From Isurus oxyrinchus (taxonomy: Eukaryota): 64,000 nucleotides of DNA. The translations under genes were made by a program, and so were the position numbers. Location: NCBI GenBank assembly GCA_026770705.1, contig JANJGN010000003.1, positions 184,326,001 to 184,390,000 on the forward strand, given 5' to 3'. This document shows, one piece after another, positions 1-10,401 of this stretch (positions are counted from its first letter, which is position 1; each line of letters starts with the position of its first letter). The notes under the pieces were generated by a model. The model was not told the origin of the DNA, did not search any database, and was given only the letters and a program-made list of their open reading frames with translations.

Positions 1-585
1 AATTTCCAAGTTTGCAGATGATGTGAGGAGGATAGTGTAGAACTACAGAAAGACATAGTGGAATGGGCAGACAGGTGGCAGATTAAGTTCAATGCAGAGC
101 AATGTGAGATGATACATTTTGGTAGGAAGAACATGAAGAGACAATGTAAAATAGAGAGTACCATTCCAAAGGAAGCAGAGGGACCTGGGTGTACATGTAC
201 AAAATTCATTAAAGGTGGCAGGACAGGTTGAGAGTGTGGTTGATAAAGCTTACAGTATCCTAAGCTTTATTAATAGGAGCATAGAGTACAAGAGCAAGGA
301 GGTTATGTTGCACTTGTACAAGACACTAGTTTGGTCTCAGCTGGAGTATTGGATCCAGTTCTGGATGCCACACTTCGGGAAGGATGTGAAAGCATTGTAG
401 AGAGTGCAGAAGAAGTTTATGAGAATAATTCCAGGGATAAGGAACTTCAATTATGAATTAAGATTGGAGAAGTTGGGACTGTTTCCCTTGGAGAAAAGAA
501 AGCTGAGAGGAGATTTGATAGAGGTATTCAAAATCATGAGGGGTCTCGGCAGACTATATAGGGAGAACCTGTTCCCACTCATTCA
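1..585 (+). mobile_element. CR1 LINE ORF2 (reverse transcriptase) 3' fragment, decayed
   Basis: Starts with ISKFADD-like codons. ORFs 215-400 and 404-739 give CR1-typical 'IEYKSKEVMLHLYKTLV..QLEY..QFW.PH..KD' and 'LEKLGLF.LEKRKLRGDLIEVFKIM'. Confidence 0.9.
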
Positions 586-2465
586 GAAGGGAATTAGACT
601 GTTATCTCAGAATCACAAAATTGTTACAGCCCAGAAGGAGGCCATTCAGCACACTGTCTGCTCCGACATTTCACCCAGTGCCATTCTCCTGCCTTCCTCC
701 GTTACCCTGCAGATTGTTTCTTTTCAAATAATCATCTAATCCCCTCTTCAATGCCGCGATTAAAACTGTCTCCACCACACTCTCAAACAGTGCATTCGAG
801 AATCTAACCACTCGCTGTGTGAAAAAGTTTTTTCTCATATCACTTTTGCTCCTTTTGCCAATTACTTTAAATCTATTGCTTCTCATTCTTGATCCTTTCA
901 CAAATGGGAACAGTTTCTCCCTATCTACTACACTGTCCTCCTCACAGTTTATAATGCTTCCAAGTTTAGTATGGTCATAAAACTTTGAAATTGTTCCTTG
1001 TACACCAAGATCCTAATCATTAATATATATATATCAGGAAAAGCAAGGGTCCCAATACCGACCTCTGGGGCACTCCAATAAACGCCTTCCTCCAGCCTGA
1101 AAGATATCCTTAACCATTACTCTCTGTTTCCTGTCACTCAGCCAATTTTGTATCCATGTTGCTACTGTCCCTTCTGCTCCATGAGCTACAACTTTTCTCA
1201 CAAGTCTGTTGTGCGACATTGGCCAGGATTTTCCACCCTTGCTCGGAGTGAGCATGTTTGGTGGTGAGGTTGGAGAATCTTGCGAGAAGACCCTAGTTGC
1301 GTTTCCCAACAATGTAAATCTGGGACGTGATTGTCCCCTCCCCCCATCAATGGTGGGGGGGGAGGGGGCGCGTTTCCCACAATCAAACGTTGGGAACTTA
1401 ATTGTAGTAAATTTGCATATAATTATTGCGGCCACACACCGGAATCATCCCTCACGTCAAATTTAAATCCCACAATGGCGGGATTTCACGATGGTGTGGT
1501 TTACAACTGCCTTTAAAAGGCATGAACCTGGTGCCCTCAACTTTGAGGGGAGCTTGGAGGTGAATACACACAACTTTCCACAGCGCTCATGATGATTCCA
1601 GCAGCTCCATGATTCGGGGGGTCACAGGCAAGTCTCCGCAGCGGCTCTTTGTGGCTGGCTTGCTGTGCTGGTGCAAGGGCAACAGTGCAAAGGGGGAAGG
1701 GTAAGAAGGCAACCTTGGGGCAAGGGCGACAGTGGAAAGGGGGAAGGGGGAAGTCAGCAGCACCAATTCAAGTTTGAGCACAAACACATATGGGGACGGG
1801 GTGATGGGTTGGTGGGGGGGGGGGGGGGGGGGGGGGGTGAGAAAACTGTTGGGCTAAAACATATCAAAGATGAGGACTTCACCGCAGCTGAGAACATTTA
1901 GCTTGAGCTCAAGTGACATACAGGAGTCAGCCCAGTCAAGCAATTGTGCCTATTCAAGCAGCACTAATTCCTCACAGTGCCATTTATTGCTCCAATACTC
2001 TTGCACATACATTTCAAACTTTAATGAGCACTATGGTGCTGCAGAGCTATTGCGCAACTGGGTAAGCCTGAGGATCCCGTTGGGAAAGGTGGCCATCGAA
2101 CACTGAAAGATGAATGCTCCCCTTGTGCCTTGCATTATGTTTCAGTTGACATTGTAAAAGTCACTCTTATGGTACAAGCAAACCACAAAGCCTTGGAGCC
2201 CAGGCTAGGAAAATGCCCAAGCCTGAGATGAGAGCTCAGGATGTAGTGGAATGGCCGTAGATGCCGCCAATCAGTAATGTGGTGTGAGCATTGCTAGATG
2301 TAAGCATGGTGAGCCATCATGCGCACTAAACACTGGACATCCATGTGGTGGCTTGGACTCTCTGCCAGCTGCAGGCAATGACTTGACTAAGAGTGGTCCT
2401 TAGGAGACACTTGCTGACTCTTGCGTCTCTCCCTTTGATACTGCAGTGAGGAGACCATCAGGACC

Positions 2466-3698
2466 ATGGAGTCTGGTGATCTCACCAGCCTCTGCTTATA
2501 GGCAGGAGGGAAGATGGGAAAGAATATGACAGAGGCGCTTGGCTTGTCAATGGGAGGAGCAGAAACCTGAAGATCAAGGAGTGGCACAGCCTCCTCTGCA
2601 TGCAGAGGATGAACCCCATAGAACTGTCATTCATATGCACAGCGCTAGACCCAGGGTCTACCTGCGGATGAGTGAAAACCAGTGTTGGCGACGCCTGTGA
2701 ATGTCAAGGGAACTGGTCATGCACACATATGCCACCTTATGCAGGATTTGGCACCATGAGGACTTCGAGGGCACCCACTACCAGTGGCGGACAAGGTTAC
2801 CACCGTACTCAATTTCCACAGCAATGGCTCCTTTCGAGCTCCACTCGGGACCTTTGCGGGAACTCACAAGCCTCCACCCACAAATGTATTCAGGAGGGCA
2901 CGGATGCCTTTTTTTCCAAGGCACACACCTTTGTCAGGGACAGGGATCAGGCAAACCAAGAAGCAAAAGTACTGGGATTTGCTAGGATTTCTGGACTCCC
3001 ACTGGTGCAGAGTGCCATTAACTGCACCCACGTGGCTCTTAAATCTCCCTGGCAACAAGCAGTTCCATATGTGAACCCGAAAGGCTTCCACTCTCTATGT
3101 TCAGCTGTTCTGCGACCATAACAAACAAATCATGCAGGTGTGCAAGTTTATCCTGGAAGTGTCCATGACTAGTACATCCACAGCAGGTCTCAGATCCCTG
3201 ACATCTTTCAGGGACCACACAGGATGCAGGCAGTGTTGGCTATTCGGGAACAAGGCCTACCCATAAATGACTTGGCTGATGATGCCTGTGCGGCGGCCTC
3301 AGACTCCTGGTGAGAGAAGGTACAATGAGGCTCATGCTGCAACCCGGAGTTTGGTTGAACATGCCATTGGCATCCTGAAGATGAGGTTCTGGTGCCTGAA
3401 CAGATCTGGTGGAGCACTGAGTACACTCCCCAGAGGGTGTTGCGCATCATAGTGGCTTGCTGCGTGCTACACAACTTAGTGAAGGGAAGGGACCTGAATG
3501 ATGGGGGATGCAAGAGCTGCGCATCTCCTCTGATGCAGAGGAAGTGGAAGGAGATGAGGGTGATGAAGCCCTGGAAGGCCAGGGTGCAGGTGATGAGGTG
3601 CAGGCGATGAGGATATTGCGCTGAACAGACGGGGCAGGCATAGTCATGAGGCCCTCATTGCCGCAAGATTCCAGGAGGATGATGACAAGATACAGTGA
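2466..3698 (+). pseudogene. HARBI1-like DDE transposase of Harbinger-1, frameshifted
   Basis: Fragments 'PLVQSAINCTHVALKSP..VNPKGFHSL', 'ERRYNEAHAATRSLVEHAIGILKMRFWCL' and 'IIVACCVLHNL' plus an acidic tail match DDE_Tnp_4/HARBI1 motifs. Multiple stops and frameshifts. Confidence 0.9.
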
Positions 3699-3861
3699 GG
3701 ACACTCTTGAGATCTTCCCATAGCATGTGGGGATGTTTGACACCTGTCTGGCTGAGGGCAACACACATACATTCTGTGAAGAGGCTCATATCATCGAGAC
3801 GCTGCTGAGAAACAGTGGCCCCATGGACTTTAAGACAACTTGATTCTCTGGCAGGCTTCAT

Positions 3862-4031
3862 GGCTCTCTACCCCGCTGTAGCTGTCCCACCCCCTTTCAA
3901 CCAGCTTATATTCCAACTCATTTCTATATTTCTTAGTTCTGATGAAGAGTCATTCGGACTCGAAAGGTTAACTATATTCCTCTCCGCAGATGCTGTCAGA
4001 CCTGCTGAGTTTTTCCAGGTATTTTTGTTTT
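3862..4031 (+). mobile_element. Short Penelope-like element terminal fragment with hammerhead motif
   Basis: 9-bp TSD aggcttcat at 3853-3861 and 4032-4040. Ends in the gatgctgtcagacctgctgagtttttccagg tail shared with other copies. Confidence 0.8.
3934..3974 (+). ncRNA. Minimal type I hammerhead ribozyme motif (Penelope-associated)
   Basis: TAGTT-CTGATGA-A-GAGTC attcg GACTC-GAAA-GGTT-AACTA. Canonical core, 5-bp stem II, 5-bp stem I. The helix III palindrome ACGT is mutated to AGGT. Confidence 0.72.
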
Positions 4032-4461
4032 AGGCTTCATCACCTGTTCCCCTCAGCACCACATCTTCACCTGTCAGGAATGGTGTCGAGATGGGAGGAC
4101 AGCCCTGTGTCAAAGGTGATGAGAGCACACAGAGAACATCACGGAACCCAGTGACATTTGGGTATGACCTTCTTGCAGCAAACACAGGCCACACAGAGGT
4201 GCATGCATCGCTAATCTGGACACAGTGACTTTGAAGGATGACAATCACTGTGCTCGAAAGGTTACACTCTGCACACGGGATGAGCCCTGGACTGTGACAA
4301 TAGCCTTCGTTTTGTGCAGGAAACAATGTTTCACATCTGATCGACACGAGCACTACTCAACATAACAAGGAAGCACAGACAAGGAGACATTCTTGGGACT
4401 GTATTTACAATGGTCAATATTAAGTACAACTGATTAACCCCCCCATGCCCGCATCGTGCAA

Positions 4462-6144
4462 CTAAATCTTCTTGACCTTTCTAACCCTGCTGCTACATCT
4501 TGGGGCTCCCCCGGCATCCATAGCGGAGGTCGAGGTGGCCTGCTGACTGCTATGCCCTGTTGTCTGCAATGATCTTGGCGGCCGTCCTCTGGAGGGCCAA
4601 GACTTGAAGGGCCCTGGCCTGCTTTTGGGGTCCTGCTGTGTGGCAGTGGCACCCACCTCGGCCTGTGGAGCTGGCGCTGCTTGGGTCACAGGAAGAGGGG
4701 ATTGGGATAGGCCAGACACTCCTTGAGTCACCTCAGTGGATGGCATCAGGATGTGCACCTACTGATCCTCCTCCCTATTGGTGCCCGAGGGCCCCTGGCT
4801 GACTCCTTAAAGGAAGGTGTAATTGGAGTGAGATCGAGATGCCCTTCCCCCCTATAGTGTTGGGCATTGATGGATGCCTGCAAGTCCCTCAGTGATGGAG
4901 TGCAGCTCCTTCAGTAGTGCAGGACCAATGCCCTAGACCAAGGTCTCCGTGGCGGCCGCCATCCTACCAGTGTTGACATCGCTGCATTGGCATATTGGTG
5001 CTTTCCCCTCAGACTGAAGTTGGACGGTCTCCTCCATTGTGCCTTGCAATCTGAGGAGTGCAGCGGACATCCCTTCCTGATGTTCCTGAGCCTGCCTTTG
5101 CAGCTCCAGCATCCAAGGTATGTCCGAGTGCAGAGGCTTCTTACCTGACTCAGACCAAGCAGATTTCTGGCCTCCAGCAGTCTTCTGAATGCTGGCAACG
5201 TGGGAAGTCCCTGCCTCCACCTGCTGTGGATCAGACAGGGCAATGTACTCACCAGATTGTGACCCCGAGGCTACTCCAGAACTAGGTCCCACCACGTGGT
5301 GTCTCTGCACTGGTGGAGGTTGAGCACTGTGACGGGTCATCAGTTTTCTCTTCCGACATGTCTTTGGGGTTTGAGTAAAGGACCTGGATCGTGGATCCTC
5401 TCGTCAGTTTCCCAGTTGTGCCTGCGAAACTAGGAGAGATAATTAGTCCATGGCAGGGAACTGCGGAATGGGGAACTCACTCACAGCATGGTTGTCTGAT
5501 GGATGTTGCACTGCTAAATCCTCACTTCGTTTGAGCGCCGTCAGCACAAGAATGGTCCAGATTGTCGCTGGCCAGCTAGATGGCTCTATTTTCAAAGCCT
5601 ATGAGGATCTTGGTGTCAGGCATTCCTCCACCAGTCTGCAACCTCTTCATTTTGTTGTGTGCCAGCTTGTCCTGCATGAATACAGATGGAGACAGTATAA
5701 GCAGGACACTGTCTTGGCCAGATGAGTAGGATGCCTGGCATGTGTGTGTGTTGAGTGGTGCCATGGATGGGATGAGGACACAATCTGCAGGGCAGTCAAA
5801 TATGGCGTGAGGGAGTGAATGGTGATGTCCCTTGAACCGGCAGTGAGTGAGTGTGTGATGGGTTTGTCAGTGTGTGAGTTGAGAGTAATGAGAAGAGTGA
5901 CTTACCCTGGCAGAACGGAGATATTCATCCTCTTTCAGCACTGAGTGGCTGTCCTCTATTTCAGGGCATTGGTGCTAACCAGCACAGCCACCATCTCCCA
6001 TGCTGGGTTGGTAACCTCGCTTGCTGGTCTTTGCCCAGAGCGGGGGTACAGGACTTTGCGATGGGCCTCCACTGCATCCAGTAGGTGCTCGAGGGAGGTG
6101 TCACTAAATTTGGGGGCAGCATGTTTCTTCCCTTTGGCAGCCAT
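4462..6144 (-). pseudogene. Myb/SANT-like (NAIF1-like) gene of Harbinger-1, three exons (~6144-5906, 5671-5526, 5421-4462)
   Basis: 'MAAKGKKHAAPKFSDTSLEHLLDAVEAHRKVLYP...AWEMVAVLVS' trihelix domain. GT/AG sites conserved among paralogous copies. Basic C-terminal 'RVRKVKKI'. Confidence 0.85.
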
Positions 6145-6642
6145 GACTTTCCAGCAACTTTTGATCCCTTAGAGAGAGCTAGCACTGTGCAGGAGTGGCC
6201 TTTAAATAAGGCATCTGGATTACTGAAGGCCTGAGGTGACAGCAGGGTGGGCAAATCAGAGGCTGCCCCACCAGCGGTCTGACGTGAAACCTGTGCCTCT
6301 GCATTTTTGAAACAAAGTGCTGAATGTTACAGCAGAAGAAGCCGCCATTACTGTCAGCAGGTCAAATGCCACTTTCCCTGCCGATATTGGACTTTGCTGA
6401 TTTCTGGGACGATTCCTCCCATTGTAGCAAATGCCTTTTGGAAGTCCATATACACCACATCAACAGCATTGCCCTCATCAACCTTCCCTGTTACCTCTTT
6501 GTAAAACTCCAGCAAGTTAGTTAAACATAATTTTCTCTGAAGAAATCCATGCTGGCTTTCCTTAATTAACCTGCATTTGTCCATGTGACTATTAAATCTG
6601 TCCCGAATTATAGTTGCTAGAAGTTTTCCCAGCACCAAAGTG

Positions 6643-6885
6643 GAAGAATGTGCAAGGCAGGAGAATAGCACTTAGTGAATTGCTCATCTGCAGACACAAT
6701 GGCCTCCTTCTGCACTGTATCAGTTCTGTGATTCTGTAATATATTTTAGTTAGGCAGGGATTTTACAGGATATGGAACCTAGATGGGTAGATGGAGTTAA
6801 GATACAGATCAACCATGTTCTAACTGAATAGTCGAACAGGCTTGGGGTTGTATAGCCTACTCTGGTTCTTATGTCCCTATATTCT
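6643..6885 (+). mobile_element. Two short CR1 3' tail remnants
   Basis: CR1 3' UTR-like hairpin region ending ttctgtgattctgt, and a second ending cttatgtccctat. Confidence 0.55.
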
Positions 6886-8509
6886 CCATTCAGATATTGA
6901 AGGAAGCCTGAAATTCAGTGATCTGTCATGTAGAAATATGCACGGTAACAAGGAGTGTGAGAAGAAGGTACACAACACCCCAGTCCTTAGCAAATTTGTT
7001 GCCTGTTAGGCAAAATCAATGCTATCTATTTCCTTTTTAACTGCAATAAAATTATTGTGTTGCTAACTTCTCTGGATTGAAAACCTGAAGGTGTAGAACA
7101 GAACACAATGAATCGAGAGCACAGAGTTTTAAATACAAGATCCAAATATTAAAACTAGGTCACCTCTCACCCTCAGCTGCAAGGTTGCTTGCAGCTATAA
7201 CTAGATACCAGATCCTCTTTTTAGACATTATCCTGGAGATTTATGCCAATTTAAAATAGAATAAGCATCTAGCTCCAGGTTACGTACCAAATGCCATATT
7301 AAATAAATACTGTACAAAAACTTGGCATCCAACACTCCAGTAAGCATTGTGTTTCAATTACAATCCACAAAGAAATTAAAGTATTATTTTGTGTATAGTG
7401 TTAGTGAATGTCAATAGGCTCTTCAGCTGTGGGGAGCATCCTTACAGAGACTGATTCTGCCCTTACCCGGTATCATGGGGTGGAATATTCTGTTCCCACT
7501 GGCGGCAGGCATGATAGATAGCGTGTGTGGAAAATATGGCGTGACCTGCTTCACGGTGGCGTGAAGGCAGGTCGCGATCATCTGCTCGGCCCACCTTGTT
7601 CCCGTCATCAGTCAGTGGGGAGCTCTTTGTAATACATCAGCATATAACTAAAAGGCCATCCTGTCAGGATCTTGGAACCCCACCATATCGTCCGTCCACA
7701 TTGGCGAGAAAGCAGGTCGACATGTTTCACAACAGCACATAGTCGGCCTTCACTTTGGGGAAATTGAGCTGAATGAGCAGCAGCATTCTCCACAGCTCGC
7801 CCGTTGTTTACAGGGCTCAGGGATGCCGGAAGTTGGGGGATGGGGGTGCAAATGCTGGCCAGCCTCGGAGGCAACTGCTGAGGGGACGATGTCCGGGGCA
7901 AGTGCTGGCCAGCCTCGGAAGCAACCAATGTCAGTAGGGGGTCAAGTGCTCCCTTGGCGCTGCATCCCTTGCACAGGCAATCGAGGGAATTGGCCATGCG
8001 TTAGAGACATCTGTATAAACTGACTATGCCTCTGCAACTGAGACAGATCAGGCGCAGCCACAGTGAAATGATTGGGGTCAAGCTCCTAGCCTGCCCACCT
8101 ATGCAATCAATGTGGTGACACCAAAGAGCTACCCAGGGCGCTATACCTTACCCTCACCCCCCCATCCCCGTGGCACAAACTTCGAGTCTGCCACCACTTT
8201 ATTGGACCACGGAGCAGTTGGACTGCACACGTTGTACAATCTCCTCGCCAACGCTGGCCATGTAGCAGTCACTGCTGGGGGCGCTCACAACCCCTTGCAA
8301 GCTGAGCATCCTGGTTTGGACTAGTGTTCCCCATGTCGCAGGTTGACAGGGCAGCCATGCAGGGCACTCATCTCTGGCCATCCGAGGGTGACCAGCACTC
8401 TCAGGGAAGCATTAAGGGGTGGTCACGCAGGGCCAGGAACGGTGCTAAGTACAGCCATGATAACCACGTCTCTCAGTTTTTCATGCTGCAGGAGGACCAC
8501 GTCAGGCTC

Positions 8510-9706
8510 ATGGATCCTGGTGAGCTAGCTATATGCCAGATTGCCTACAGAGACCGTAGAAGACGGAGGAGAGAGTGACTGATGGTCCTGGCTGTGCAAA
8601 TGCAGGAGCAGTAACCTCATGAAGAAGGGGCAGCAGGAGCTACCGCACACGCTGCCCAGGAGTGACAGAGCTGTGGCTGGTCGGCGCCTAGCGACACTCA
8701 GGGTCAATAGACGTCGCCTTCCATTCCTGCAGTTGACTGAGAACCAGTGTCGCTGACGACTGAGCATGTCTAGGGACCTGGTGGCTCACATCTACCACTG
8801 ACTGAAGAACTTGGTGCCAAGGGGACATGGAGGGCATCCACTGCCAGTGATTGTGAAAGTGACCGCAGCATTCAATTTCTATGCCAGTGGCTCCTTTCAG
8901 AGCTCTACAGTTGACCTCTGTGGGATTTCACAATCCACCACCCACAAATGCATCCATGAGGTCACAGATGCCATCTTCTCCATGGCACACAACTTTGTGC
9001 ATTTTGCCCGGGCCTGGGACAGCCCTGGTCTTGAGATTTCCACAGATGCAGGGTGCGATTGAATGCACTCCTGTGGTGCTCAGGTCTCTGTCGCTACACT
9101 CAGTGGACTTCATCAACTCACTGAATGTGCAGCTGGTATGTGACTACCAGAAATGTATGCTGCAGGTGTGCGCACGGTTTCCAGGGAATGTGCACAACAC
9201 CTACATCCGGAGTCACTCACAGATCCCTGCAGTCTTCCAGGGTCCATAGAGGCTGCAGGGTTGGCTCCTTGGGGACAAGTGCTACCCGCAGAGGCCTTGG
9301 CTGATGACACCCGTGCGGAGGCCTCAGACTGCAGCAGAGCAATACTATCGTGAGGCTCATGCTGCAGCTCTCAACTTGGTGGATCAGACCATCAGGATGC
9401 TGAAGATGCAGTTCCAGTGCTTGGACCAGTCTGGTGGAGCCCTGCAATACAGTCCGCAGAGGGTGTCATGCATCATTGTCGATTGCTGCGCCCTTTACAA
9501 CCTGGAGTTCCAACGGGGCGACGAGCTGGCTGAGGAGGAGATGGAGGTCCTCTCCGATGAGGAGGACGCCGACAGGGATGAGGGTGAGGGGGTCCTTGGT
9601 GGTGACGATGAGGGAATGAGGCTGTCACACAGGCTAGACAATGCAGGTGCGCTCGGGAGTTCCTCATAGCTGCCAGATTTGTGGAGGGTGATTACGACAT
9701 GAAGTG
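8510..9706 (+). pseudogene. HARBI1-like DDE transposase of Harbinger-2
   Basis: 'GHPLPVIVKVTAAFNFYASGSFQSSTVDLCGISQSTTHKCIHEVTDAI' (HTH), 'FPQMQGAIECTPV', 'LNVQLVCD', 'GDKCYP', 'LKMQFQCLD'. Frameshifts. Confidence 0.92.
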
Positions 9707-10401
9707 AGGTGTCCCCATAGATCCTCACATCGCAAATGTAAACGTTTGACTTCAGTCTGGCTTATGGCGGTGCCAATACCCTCTGTGAGAATGCTCCTGT
9801 CATGCAGATGCAGTGGAGGCCCTAATAGTTGCTCGATCGCATATATCTTCAAAAAGCCTCTGAGAATGTCTGACTCCTGTCTGGCCGAGGGCAGCTTGCT
9901 TGCGCTCCATGATCAGGGCCATCTCAGAGACGCAGCCATGAAACTTTAGACGCATCTGATGCTGTGTCCGCCTTCAGCATCTCAGCCCCTTCAGGAGCTG
10001 ATGTATAGCATCACTGGTCGCAGATGCTAGTGTGATAGGGGCCAGCCCAACCATTAAGGTGCTGAGAGCGCACAGAGAGAATGAGAGAACTCTGTGGCAC
10101 CTGCCCACTACATTCTGGCAACAATGACCAGCACTGCCGAGGTGCAGGCGTCAGTAATGTTTCCAGGTAGCGTGAGGCTGGACCATGACTGTGGTCAGAA
10201 GGCCGCACAGAGCACAGGGAAGAGGCCCTGGACTGAGACACCTGCCTTTTATCTTGTGCACAAAAGTTTCACATCGGAGTGACAAGAATACTGATCAGAA
10301 CAAGGAGCCACAGGCAGGGAGACATTCTTAGTAGTTCATTGACAATCGTGAACACTATGTACAATTGATCAACACCCTTGGCCTGGCATTTGCAATTACT
10401 T

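Larger units (their letters stand above)
1221..6420 (+). mobile_element. PIF/Harbinger DNA transposon, near full length (Harbinger-1)
   Basis: 3-bp TSD ATT at 1218-1220 and 6421-6423. Imperfect TIRs ggccaggattttcc / gggacgattcctccc. Contains convergent transposase and Myb-like pseudogenes. Confidence 0.92.
608..6642 (-). mobile_element. CR1 LINE fragment split by Harbinger-1 (pieces ~608-1220 and 6421-6642)
   Basis: CR1 tail-like cagaatcacaaaat at ~608. Minus ORFs give 'WIQNWLSDRKQRVMV' and 'SQHGF...CLTNLLEFY..VT...D.GNAVDVVYMDFQKAF'. The host reads continuously across the insertion (gtgcgac-ATT-gtagcaaatgcc). Confidence 0.88.

Noticed and set aside
1810-1838. Long G run and other G-rich tracts (also 27660-27710) as functional G-quadruplexes
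   Set aside because: They lie inside transposon sequence, and homopolymer length may be a sequencing artefact. No evidence of function.
2466-9706. Transposase ORFs as a domesticated HARBI1 gene
   Set aside because: Many stops and frameshifts, and both are bounded by TIRs and TSDs.
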